This document shows positions 8,411 through 16,684 of a DNA stretch of 64,000 bases, piece by piece. Numbering within the stretch: position 1 is the first letter of the stretch; each line of letters starts with the position of its first letter. The DNA lies in the NCBI GenBank assembly GCA_045636145.1, contig JAZTWV010000047.1:11101-75100 (forward strand). The letters run 5' to 3'. The position numbers and the translations under genes are program-made. The notes beneath the pieces were generated by a model. That model saw nothing but the letters and a program-made list of their open reading frames with translations, searched no databases and was not told the origin of the DNA. The stretch is from Candidatus Flemingiibacterium sp. Its GTDB lineage: Bacteria > Bacillota > Clostridia > Oscillospirales > CAG-272.

Positions 8411-8817
8411 AGGTTGGTCCTTCCGGTATTTATCAGATTACGTCTCAGCTTATCCGCAAGAAGTGCTGTGAATTCTCGTACAGATGGAGTGCTTTCAGCA
8501 TTGCTTTTTAAAAAGTGTTCGCCAAGCTTCAATTTATCGCCGTTTTTAAAAAGGAGCTTTATTGCGGTTCGGCAGTTTCGTTCCACGCAGGATACGGTGG
8601 TGCAGTTTTCTTCCGCTATCTGCCGATACAGTCCAACGATAACATTTCTGATAGCGATTTTGTCCATATATACGATCTCTATAGCGCGGCAGAGGTACGA
8701 AAATCCCTTAAGGTGTGTGGACATTCCCATCTCCGTAAGCAGGGTGCGTATTTGCCGGATCAATTCTTCTTCTGTATATTCCGTGAACTCAAGGGGGCGG
8801 TAGGGGTGTGCTTGCAT
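8407..8817 (-). CDS. Stand-alone Spo0A C-terminal DNA-binding domain protein, paralog 3
   Basis: MGMSTHLKGFSYLCRAIEIVYMD...LYRQIAEENCTTVSCVERNCRTAI...EFTALLADKLR. Start set at ATG 8815-8817 (SD AGGAG, giving 136 aa). The 165-aa ORF-track version would run over its own promoter. Confidence 0.8.
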   Translation of the reverse strand: MQAHPYRPLEFTEYTEEELIRQIRTLLTEMGMSTHLKGFSYLCRAIEIVYMDKIAIRNVIVGLYRQIAEENCTTVSCVERNCRTAIKLLFKNGDKLKLGEHFLKSNAESTPSVREFTALLADKLRRNLINTGRTNL

Positions 8818-8875
8818 AGTCTTGCTCCTGTGGTGTATTATTTGCCGATATCTGCATTGAATGTTAACATATATA

Positions 8876-8904
8876 ATTATACCACATAAGTGCGCAGGTT
8901 TCAA
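8876..8904 (-). promoter_or_regulatory. Sigma-A-type promoter of the paralog 3-2 operon (TTGAAA-17-TATAAT)
   Basis: Minus strand: TTGAAA at 8904-8899, 17-nt spacer, TATAAT at 8881-8876. It lies 55 nt downstream of the 0A-box pair, exactly as for paralog 1. Confidence 0.6.
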
Positions 8905-8958
8905 TTAGGATAATTCCCGAACATTCAGACTGTGTTTTTTGCATAATATACTATAAAT

Positions 8959-8975
8959 TTTCGAAATTTGTCGAA
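8959..8975 (-). promoter_or_regulatory. Tandem 0A-box pair TTTCGAA-att-TGTCGAA (plus-strand reading)
   Basis: Contains a perfect TGTCGAA 0A box at 8969-8975 and a second heptamer 3 bp away, the head-to-tail geometry of tandem 0A boxes. The 16-mer 8960-8975 is the reverse complement of 7300-7315. Confidence 0.6.
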
Positions 8976-8986
8976 AAGTGAAAGAT

Positions 8987-9011
8987 TCGGTAAAATAAGT
9001 AAAAAAATATT
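8987..9011. repeat. 25-nt AT-rich motif TCGGTAAAATAAGTAAAAAAATATT, copy 1 of 2
   Basis: Nearly identical to 46934-46958 (TCGGTGAAAATAAGTAAAAAATATT). Both copies lie 11-12 nt from a 0A-like box. Confidence 0.5.
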
Positions 9012-9058
9012 AGTCTGTCACCGCGTTGCGATGACGGACAGCTAATGAAAGGAAGCAT

Positions 9059-9991
9059 ATGAACATATACAGATCTTTTGGAGAACTTATAGGAAAAACG
9101 CCTCTTTTTGAGACAGTGCATTACGGTACAGAACATAATCTTACGGCAAAAATATTCGCAAAGCTTGAATATTTTAATCCGGCAGGCAGTGTTAAGGACA
9201 GAGCGGCTCTTTATATGATAAATGACGCCGAAAAAAGCGGCAGACTTAAGCCGGGTGGGACGATAATAGAGCCTACAAGCGGAAATACGGGCATAGGACT
9301 TGCGGCAGTTGCCGCTTCACGCGGATACAGGGTCATACTTACCATGCCCGATACCATGAGCGTGGAACGCCGGACTCTGCTTGGCGCTTACGGAGCCGAG
9401 CTGATCCTTACAGACGGCAAACTCGGTATGTCGGGTGCCATAGAGAAGGCGAGGGAGCTTGCGGCGCAGATTGACGGAAGCATAATAGCGGGACAGTTTG
9501 AAAATCCGGCAAATGCTATGGCGCATTATGAGACCACAGGTCCTGAGATATGGGAGGATATGGACGGCAAGGTCGACATATTCGTTGCCGGCGTTGGAAC
9601 GGGCGGCACTATCACGGGAATCGGCAGATATCTTAAAGAGAAAAATCCGAATGTAAAAATAGTTGCCGTAGAGCCTGCTTCCTCACCTATGCTTTCCAAG
9701 GGAAAGAGCGGAGCACACGGGCTTCAAGGCATCGGAGCGAATTTTGTGCCGGATATACTCGATGTATCGCTTCTTGACGAAATTATAACCGTAAACGAGA
9801 AAGAGGCATACGGTGCCGCAAGGGCACTTGCAGGGAGCGAGGGAATCCTTGTGGGAATTTCTTCCGGTGCGGCTCTCCATGCCGCAGCCTTGCTTGCAAA
9901 GCGTCCGGAGAATGCAGGACTAAGTATCGTGGTACTGCTTCCGGATACGGGCGACAGATATTTGTCAACACCCCTTTTTGACGGTAAATAA
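9059..9991 (+). CDS. cysK: Cysteine synthase A (O-acetylserine sulfhydrylase)
   Basis: 310 aa. PLP-dependent fold with [19 protein letters not shown] and [10 protein letters not shown] motifs. SD GAAAGGAAG. Confidence 0.9.
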   Translation: MNIYRSFGELIGKTPLFETVHYGTEHNLTAKIFAKLEYFNPAGSVKDRAALYMINDAEKSGRLKPGGTIIEPTSGNTGIGLAAVAASRGYRVILTMPDTMSVERRTLLGAYGAELILTDGKLGMSGAIEKARELAAQIDGSIIAGQFENPANAMAHYETTGPEIWEDMDGKVDIFVAGVGTGGTITGIGRYLKEKNPNVKIVAVEPASSPMLSKGKSGAHGLQGIGANFVPDILDVSLLDEIITVNEKEAYGAARALAGSEGILVGISSGAALHAAALLAKRPENAGLSIVVLLPDTGDRYLSTPLFDGK

Positions 9992-10003
9992 ATGCGGTAA
10001 ATG

Positions 10004-10075
10004 AGCGCGGTCAGCATAAAGTGCGGCCGCGCTTTTAAAAATATGTTAATATCACTGCGTACAGTGATATTTTGT
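10004..10075 (+). terminator. Two hairpins after cysK, the second with a T-run
   Basis: AGCGCGG...CCGCGCTTTT (10004-10036) and ATATCACTG-cgta-CAGTGATATTTTG (10049-10074). Confidence 0.5.
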
Positions 10076-10087
10076 CTAATTTCACTA

Positions 10088-10116
10088 TTGACAAAATTGC
10101 GGTTTAGGTCTAATAT
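10088..10116 (+). promoter_or_regulatory. Sigma-A-type promoter TTGACA-17-TAATAT
   Basis: TTGACA at 10088-10093, TAATAT at 10111-10116, upstream of the antiporter gene. Confidence 0.5.
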
Positions 10117-10169
10117 ATTATAGGTCGTGTAAGTACACGGCAAATCTAATTTAGATAGGGAAGTATGTT

Positions 10170-11465
10170 ATGACTTTGCTTCTTTCAATTTCACTTGCAA
10201 TGCTTGTTGGCTTGATGCTTTCACGCCTTGCAAAGCTTGTATCTCTTCCGGCAGTTACCGCTTATCTTGTGGCGGGAATTTTAGTCGGACCTTACTGCAT
10301 AGGTGCTCTCGGAATAGACGGACTTGGATTCCCGTCTCTTGAAAGTCTTGAGCATCTGTCCATTATTTCGAGTGCAGCTCTCGGATTTATCGCTTTTTCC
10401 ATAGGAAACGAGTTCCGCCTTTCACAGCTCAGAAAAACCGGCAAGGCGGCTACCTTCATTGGTATATTCCAGGCGGTTGCGGCGGCTGTAGTTGTTGATA
10501 TTGCGCTTATCGCTGTACATTTTGCAATGCCTGATGTGCTGACATTGTCTGCCGCTATTGTACTTGGCGCTGTAGCTACCGCCACAGCACCTGCGGCAAC
10601 CTTGATGGTTGTACGTCAGTATAAAGCCAAGGGTGAGCTTACAGAACTGCTTCTTCCTATCGTTGCAATTGACGATGCGGTGGGACTTGTGGTGTTTGCC
10701 ATATCTCTCGGTGTGGCACGTGCCCTTGAGCAGGGACATATCGACGTTATCTCAATTATACTTAACCCCATTATTGAAATCGTGGGATCACTGCTCCTTG
10801 GTGCACTTATGGGTGCGGTTCTTACCTTTATCGAGCGTTTCTTCCATTCGCGCTCCAAGCGTATGTCCATGGCAATAGCGTTTGTGTTCCTTACTGTTGC
10901 GCTGTCTATGCTGAAGTTCCATATAGGTCAGATTGAAATCGGTTTCTCATCGCTTCTCGTATGCATGATGCTGGGAACAGTGTTCTGCAACCTGTGTGAC
11001 TATTCGGAAGAGCTTATGGAGCGTGTTGACGGTTGGACAACACCGCTGTTCATACTGTTCTTTGTTCTTTCCGGTGCAGAGCTTAATATTTCCGTGTTTG
11101 GAAATATTATGATTGTGCTGATAGGCGTTGCATTCCTTGCGGCGCGTGCTGTCGGAAAGTGCGGCGGAGCGTATATAAGCGCAAAATGGATGAAATGTCC
11201 GCCCAAGGTGTGCAAGTATCTTGGTATCACACTTCTCCCTCAGGCAGGTGTGGCACTTGGTATGTCACTGCTTGTAAGCGATCTCTCACAGGGCGGACTT
11301 ATCAGGAATATTGTTCTGTTCTCTGTGCTTGTTCTTGAGCTTGTAGGTCCGCTTGCGACCAAGATTGCCCTTACCAAGGCAGGCGATATCATTCCGGAAG
11401 GAAAAACATCGGCGCGCGGCGTTATTCCCAGCAAACATGTTGGTCCTCATCCGAAGCAAAAATAA
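10170..11465 (+). CDS. Cation:proton antiporter (Na+/H+ exchanger family, CPA2-like)
   Basis: 431 aa and about 12 predicted TM helices. N-terminal pattern LPAVTAYLVAGILVGP is typical of Kef/NapA-type exchangers. Confidence 0.75.
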   Translation: MTLLLSISLAMLVGLMLSRLAKLVSLPAVTAYLVAGILVGPYCIGALGIDGLGFPSLESLEHLSIISSAALGFIAFSIGNEFRLSQLRKTGKAATFIGIFQAVAAAVVVDIALIAVHFAMPDVLTLSAAIVLGAVATATAPAATLMVVRQYKAKGELTELLLPIVAIDDAVGLVVFAISLGVARALEQGHIDVISIILNPIIEIVGSLLLGALMGAVLTFIERFFHSRSKRMSMAIAFVFLTVALSMLKFHIGQIEIGFSSLLVCMMLGTVFCNLCDYSEELMERVDGWTTPLFILFFVLSGAELNISVFGNIMIVLIGVAFLAARAVGKCGGAYISAKWMKCPPKVCKYLGITLLPQAGVALGMSLLVSDLSQGGLIRNIVLFSVLVLELVGPLATKIALTKAGDIIPEGKTSARGVIPSKHVGPHPKQK

Positions 11466-11473
11466 CTTATACG

Positions 11474-11510
11474 AAAAAATATCCTCGGATTTGCTCCGAG
11501 GATATTTTTT
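11474..11510. terminator. Bidirectional intrinsic terminator
   Basis: AAAAAATATCCTCGG-atttgct-CCGAGGATATTTTTT, between convergent genes. Confidence 0.8.
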
Positions 11511-11513
11511 ATG

Positions 11514-13442
11514 CTATTTGTAAGTCTTTACTGCGTACGCAAGCTCAGTGCCGTCGTCGGCAATCTGAACCACATCCGGCTTGCTGTTGGAGAAAAGTAC
11601 ATTTTCTACAGCTAAGGTGTTGGAGTCAATAAAGAGAGTGTTACGCTTCACGCCGTCAAGCTTGACGGTGCTGTACTTGTTGAAACCGGTTCCCTTTACA
11701 TACAATGTGCCGTCTGACACCGAGTAGGATTCCACCGTAATTGGTTGTGTACCGAATGTCATTTGCGCCTGAGCATATTTGCTTCCGCGCTCATCGTAAA
11801 GCTGAGCGTATTCAAGCGTATGAAGCGCATCGTCATAAGGCTCTCCTGTCTTGAAGCCGTTCTGATGAAGCAGCGTGATATCTCCCACATGGATGCCGCA
11901 CAGTTGTCCGACATACGCTGAAAGCATATAAGCTTCAAGATCGCGGTCATATGTATTGGGGTCAACAGAGTTATCAATACCCTGAAGCTCCGTGTTGCTC
12001 CATATCACATACTCGGTTTCGTATGCACTGCCGTTTTTCATCATATCGTCGGTAAGCGAAAGTGCCGGGAGATGATCTCCGTAGAATACCACAACGCAGG
12101 GCTCACCGCGCGACTCAAGAGAATCGCAGAGGTCGCCTATGAATTTGTCTATATCGTGGATCTCATTTACATAGAAATCATACTGATAATACATCTTTTC
12201 ATCGGTGATGTTGTATACGTCAATTGGACCTTTTTCCACAAAGATTCCCTGATTTGACAGCGGCTCATCGGGATATCTTCCGTGTGCCTGCACGCTGACT
12301 GCAAAAACAAAGTCGGGAGTGTTGGTTGAGTCGAGTGCGGAGTTTATCTCTTTTATAAGATTTCTGTCGTGAACCCAGCTTAGTACATTCTTCGTTACGT
12401 CAGACATCATCTCAATCGACGTAAATGTATCAAATCCAAGATTCGGATAGACCTTATGGCGGTCATAGAAGGTTGCAATGTAAGTATGGATAGCGTGGGC
12501 TGAATATCCAAGCGTTTTAAGATTTGCGGCAAGGCTTTCACAGGCGCGGTCCTGAAGGACGGTGGTATACGGAAATTCACCGAATCCGAAGTGATCCAGA
12601 TTCATTCCCGTAAGGACTTCAAATTCAATATTTGCCGTTCCGCCGCCTATATGAGGCACGCGCATGAAGCCGGATATGTTGTTTTCCTTAAGTGCTGTAA
12701 AATTGGGTGTGGGGTCCTCTGAAAATTCAACATCCTTTACGTATTTTACGTCAAAGAAGGATTCAAGCTGAACGTATATTACATTGGGAAGCTTGTCCGA
12801 TACAGTAGAATCGGAGGTGTTCTTCAGCGCATCAATTATCTCGTTTGCCTTGTCCGAGGAATATCCGCCCGGACGTTTGACTCCCTGAGAAAGGATACTG
12901 CGTGTAAAGCAGTAAACAAAGCCGTAGGAGTCGTATGAGTCGGATAGCTCAGCCGTTTCATAATCCGATGCATTGACAGGTACGGCAAGTGCGCCGAGTC
13001 CCACCGTCAGGATCGCTGTAAGCACCACGCATACGATGGATTTCTTATAGTTTACATGACAGCGTGGGCATTTGATGAACATAACCACTCCGAGCGCAAT
13101 AACTGCGACAATTCCTACTATTATAAGCACAATTTGAATTGTGGATAAATACAGATCCATAATGTCAAGAGCCGATTTGACAATAAGGAAGTCGATTGCG
13201 GAGAGAGGGGATGAACGGTATGTCAGTACCACGGCATTTGTTATGCCGAGAATCAGCCATAAAAGGCAGGCGAAAAAGAGAAATGTAAGCCTTCGCCGCA
13301 AAAGCAGAGAAATCGACAGAGTGAATAAAATAATAAGGGTATTTGCGGCGAAGATGTGCGGAGACGATATTAAAAATGTCAACGCACCCATTAGGGAGCG
13401 GCGTCCCAAAATTTCAAGGATAAATTCCAAAACAAATGCCAA
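11514..13442 (-). CDS. LTA synthase family protein (sulfatase-fold phosphoglycerol transferase) with a C-terminal Ig-like domain
   Basis: 642 aa. Five N-terminal TM helices, then an extracellular sulfatase-like domain (YVQLESFFD..., PHIGGGTANIEFEVLTG, VVFYGDHLP). The start is a TTG without a clear SD, so the N-terminus is uncertain. Confidence 0.7.
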   Translation of the reverse strand: MAFVLEFILEILGRRSLMGALTFLISSPHIFAANTLIILFTLSISLLLRRRLTFLFFACLLWLILGITNAVVLTYRSSPLSAIDFLIVKSALDIMDLYLSTIQIVLIIVGIVAVIALGVVMFIKCPRCHVNYKKSIVCVVLTAILTVGLGALAVPVNASDYETAELSDSYDSYGFVYCFTRSILSQGVKRPGGYSSDKANEIIDALKNTSDSTVSDKLPNVIYVQLESFFDVKYVKDVEFSEDPTPNFTALKENNISGFMRVPHIGGGTANIEFEVLTGMNLDHFGFGEFPYTTVLQDRACESLAANLKTLGYSAHAIHTYIATFYDRHKVYPNLGFDTFTSIEMMSDVTKNVLSWVHDRNLIKEINSALDSTNTPDFVFAVSVQAHGRYPDEPLSNQGIFVEKGPIDVYNITDEKMYYQYDFYVNEIHDIDKFIGDLCDSLESRGEPCVVVFYGDHLPALSLTDDMMKNGSAYETEYVIWSNTELQGIDNSVDPNTYDRDLEAYMLSAYVGQLCGIHVGDITLLHQNGFKTGEPYDDALHTLEYAQLYDERGSKYAQAQMTFGTQPITVESYSVSDGTLYVKGTGFNKYSTVKLDGVKRNTLFIDSNTLAVENVLFSNSKPDVVQIADDGTELAYAVKTYK

Positions 13443-13618
13443 CCCTACAAGAATTGGGATGGTAATGTGAAGCGGTGCGAAAATAAAGCGTTTTATACAG
13501 CCGCGAATGTTACTTATAATAGTCTGCGTGGTAAGTCCACTCCTTTCTGATGCAATTCATAGTATATCATATCACGATAGTATGAACTCCTAAATATGAA
13601 AATGTAAACAGAATTTTA

Positions 13619-14578
13619 TTATTGATTAAATTCCTTTAAAAACCATATTTTGCTCTTTTGCGCCGAAAAGCTTTTTTTATCGAGGTAATCAAGCACGGTG
13701 CCGTGGGTTTTGAACTTAAATTCCAGCTTGTATGCGTATAACGCCTGAAATTTGTATCCATGCTTTCTATCGTCCCTGTTTATGCCGTATTTTCCGTCTC
13801 CAAGGAGCGGATGACCGATTGATGCAAAGTGTGCACGTATTTGATGTGTTCGCCCTGTAACAAGCTCCACTTCAACAAGCGAAAGGTCACGGGTTTCTTC
13901 AAGCACACGGTATTTTGTGATTATTTCCTTGTAACCCGGACGGGGAGACGTTGAAATATCCACCATGTTGCTGGCGGAGTCCTTTTTTAAGTATCCTCTC
14001 AGCGTGTCGGTTTTCTTCTTTGTAATACCGTGAATCGCGGCAAGGTAAAACTTTGACAGCTCGTCGTTTTTAATCTTTTCGTTCATTACGCGAAGCGCTT
14101 CCGCATTTTTTGCCGCGATGACAATGCCGCCGGTGTTTCTGTCGATGCGGTTGCACAGCGCGGGAGCGAATGACTGCTCGTCCTCGGGCTTATATTCACC
14201 TTTTCTGTAGAGGTAAGCTTTGACATGACCTATAAGGGTATTAACCTCTTCCTCGTCATCGGAATGAACAATAAGCCCCGGCTGTTTTTCAAGGAGCATT
14301 ATGTTTTCATCCTCGTATACGATGTCAAGATGAGGTGTCAGCTTCATAAAAGCCTGTTCCGTTGCGGTATCCGAGAAAAATTCCTCAGATACGAACATCT
14401 CGACTGTATCGCCCTCATTTAGAATATACCCGATGTCGGTACGCTTGCGATTTACCTTTATCTTTTTGGTGCGTATGCATTTGTACATAAGCGATTTTGG
14501 CATTGCCTTGACCGCTTTTGAAAGAAATTTATCAAGACGCTGTCCTGCGTCATTCTGTTTTATATATAATGTGCGCAT
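13619..14578 (-). CDS. RluA family pseudouridine synthase (S4 domain plus catalytic domain)
   Basis: 319 aa. QRLDKFL S4-like start, NRIDRNTGGIVIAAKN catalytic Asp motif, TGRTHQIRAH. Confidence 0.85.
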   Translation of the reverse strand: MRTLYIKQNDAGQRLDKFLSKAVKAMPKSLMYKCIRTKKIKVNRKRTDIGYILNEGDTVEMFVSEEFFSDTATEQAFMKLTPHLDIVYEDENIMLLEKQPGLIVHSDDEEEVNTLIGHVKAYLYRKGEYKPEDEQSFAPALCNRIDRNTGGIVIAAKNAEALRVMNEKIKNDELSKFYLAAIHGITKKKTDTLRGYLKKDSASNMVDISTSPRPGYKEIITKYRVLEETRDLSLVEVELVTGRTHQIRAHFASIGHPLLGDGKYGINRDDRKHGYKFQALYAYKLEFKFKTHGTVLDYLDKKSFSAQKSKIWFLKEFNQ

Positions 14579-14651
14579 TGATTACTCCTGTGACTTGTAT
14601 CGGTGTTGTTTGACGTTGTAACGCGCCGAAATGTTCCCGAAATTCATATAT

Positions 14652-15167
14652 TTATAAAATAACATATATAGGTTTTGAGGTATACTTTTCTGAGGAGCAT
14701 ATGCACACCGCATAATCCTCATACAAAAAGTGCGAGAAGCACAGCTCCGAATCAAATACCGAAAATGAACTCATCGGACGGGAAAAGCCTTCTCCCGTAT
14801 ATTTCATATAACTTTCCTTTGCACACCAGACCTCATAAAAATTCATCGCCGGTGCTGTTATCACATAATCGGCTTCGGACGGCGTGAAATACCGTTTTGC
14901 CAAGCGCATAAGCCGCTCCTCGGTGCCGTCTGTATGTTCTACGTCGACTCCGATTTCATGATCGGATATTGCCACCGCGCAAAGAGTGTTTGAATGTGAT
15001 ATGCTGACATGGATCTTATCCTCATCTTTGAATCGCGGTCTGCCATTTTGATCATGACACAGCATGGCAGATCTTTTAAATATGTCACGAAACGCATATT
15101 CCGAAAGCTTTCGTGCCACCTCGTGCTCATCTGATTTTGTACATCCTGTAAGATACAGCCATATCAC
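14652..15167 (-). CDS. 4'-phosphopantetheinyl transferase (Sfp type)
   Basis: GVDVEH and WCAKESYMKYTGEG motifs. Start set at GTG 15165-15167, 8 nt after GAAAGGAGG. The longer ORF-track start lies inside the rnfB terminator. Confidence 0.7.
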   Translation of the reverse strand: MIWLYLTGCTKSDEHEVARKLSEYAFRDIFKRSAMLCHDQNGRPRFKDEDKIHVSISHSNTLCAVAISDHEIGVDVEHTDGTEERLMRLAKRYFTPSEADYVITAPAMNFYEVWCAKESYMKYTGEGFSRPMSSFSVFDSELCFSHFLYEDYAVCICSSEKYTSKPIYVIL

Positions 15168-15193
15168 GGTATGCGCCTCCTTTCGGCATAAAG

Positions 15194-15225
15194 CGACAAA
15201 ACGAGGCACCGTGCACGGCACCTCG
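15194..15225 (-). terminator. Intrinsic terminator after rnfB
   Basis: Minus-strand RNA CGAGGUGCCG-UGCA-CGGUGCCUCG followed by UUUUGU. The stem needs G.U pairs, so it is stable only in the minus-strand transcript. Confidence 0.6.
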
Positions 15226-15233
15226 TGTATTTG

Positions 15234-16082
15234 TCAGGCTTCTTCGATGTGTTCGGGATTTATTGTGATGTTTACACGCTGGGATTTATCCGACCAGATA
15301 ATCTTTCTCGGACACTTCTCGACGCACGCACCGCACTGAACGCATTTTTCGTAGTCGATGGATGCAACATAGTCGGTAACGTGTATAGCGCCCTCGGCGC
15401 AAGCTTTCTCGCAAAGGCGGCAGCTTATGCAGCCCACCTCGCAGTATTTTTTGGTAACAGCGCCTTTGTCAACGGACATACATCCAACCCAATGGGTAGA
15501 ATCGTAGGGGATAAGCTTAATAATATGCTTCGGACACGTTGTAACGCACTTGCCGCACGCCTGACATTTTTCGTAGTCAACTACAGCAACGCCGTTTACT
15601 ACTTCAATAGCGTCAAACACGCACGCCTTAACGCAGTTTCCAAGACCGATGCATCCGTTGGGGCAAAGCTTGTCGCCGCCGCCAAGCTTTGAAGCGGCAT
15701 AGCAGTCAACAGCACCCTCGTAAACGTATTTTTTGTTGGCAAACTCAGATGTGCCGGAGCACATAACCTGTGCACGCATACGGACAGGCTTTTCAGCCGC
15801 AACACCCATTATGGCGGCTATTTTTGCGGCAAGCGCTTCGTCACCTGCAACACAGGCTGATGTTTTCGCTTCGCCTTTTGCAATAGCCTCGGCTAGTGCC
15901 GCACAGCCTGCGTAGCCGCATCCTCCGCAGTTAGCGCCCGGAAGCAGTTCGGATATCTCCTCCACACGCTCGTCCGATTTCACATAGAAAATTTTTGAAG
16001 CTATGGCAAGAAGTACACCCATTGCGCCGCCGAGAATTGCAAACCACAGGGCGGCAAAAAGAATATTTTGAATGTTTTCCAT
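15234..16082 (-). CDS. rnfB: Rnf complex subunit B (polyferredoxin)
   Basis: 282 aa. N-terminal TM helix, GANCGGCGYAGC motif and several CxxCxxCxxxCP clusters. Confidence 0.9.
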   Translation of the reverse strand: MENIQNILFAALWFAILGGAMGVLLAIASKIFYVKSDERVEEISELLPGANCGGCGYAGCAALAEAIAKGEAKTSACVAGDEALAAKIAAIMGVAAEKPVRMRAQVMCSGTSEFANKKYVYEGAVDCYAASKLGGGDKLCPNGCIGLGNCVKACVFDAIEVVNGVAVVDYEKCQACGKCVTTCPKHIIKLIPYDSTHWVGCMSVDKGAVTKKYCEVGCISCRLCEKACAEGAIHVTDYVASIDYEKCVQCGACVEKCPRKIIWSDKSQRVNITINPEHIEEA

Positions 16083-16095
16083 CTGTGTGTCCCCC

Positions 16096-16683
16096 TTAGA
16101 AGCTCATTCCGGAGAATCCGGAGAAAGCCATGGCGATAAGTCCCGCCGCGATAAGTGCAATGGGAGTGCCGCGGAAGCTTTTTGGCGGCTCAGCAAAGGA
16201 AATGCGCACGCGGACTCCTGCGAAGATAACTATAGCCAAGGTGAAGCCAACCGCAGATGCGAAGCCGTATGCTAAGGATTCAATGAAATTGTACCCGTTC
16301 TGAATATTAAGAAGTGCAGAACCGAGCACGGCACAGTTGGTTGTGATAAGCGGCAGGTAGATACCCAGCGCACCGTAAAGAGCCGGTACGAATTTGCGAA
16401 GGAACATTTCGATAAGCTGAACGAAAGATGCAATTATCAAAATGAACGCGATGGTTTCAAGATATTCAAGTCTAAACGGAACAAGTATCAGGTGATATAC
16501 CGCCCATGTTGCCGCGCTTGAGAGGGTCATTACAAATACCACGGCAAATCCCATGCCAAGCGCAGTATCCGGCTTTTCGGATACACCGAGGAAAGGGCAG
16601 ATACCGAGGAATTTTGAGAAAATGTAGTTTTCCACAAGCACCGCACCCAGCATCAAAAGGAGAATTTCAACAAGATAGTCCAT
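16096..16683 (-). CDS. rnfA: Rnf complex subunit A
   Basis: 195-aa polytopic membrane protein, RnfA/NqrE-like (ENYIFSKFLGICPFLGVS). Confidence 0.9.
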   Translation of the reverse strand: MDYLVEILLLMLGAVLVENYIFSKFLGICPFLGVSEKPDTALGMGFAVVFVMTLSSAATWAVYHLILVPFRLEYLETIAFILIIASFVQLIEMFLRKFVPALYGALGIYLPLITTNCAVLGSALLNIQNGYNFIESLAYGFASAVGFTLAIVIFAGVRVRISFAEPPKSFRGTPIALIAAGLIAMAFSGFSGMSF

Positions 16684-16684
16684 G

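Noticed and set aside
8818-8904. The 165-aa version of Spo0A_C paralog 3.
   Set aside because: The extra 29 codons overlap its own predicted -35/-10 promoter. The ATG at 8817 has an AGGAG SD.
9013-9045. The hairpin GTCTGTCA...TGACGGAC in the cysK leader as a riboswitch, T-box or S-box.
   Set aside because: The whole leader is under 100 nt with a single small stem, far too short for known Cys/Met riboswitches or T-boxes.
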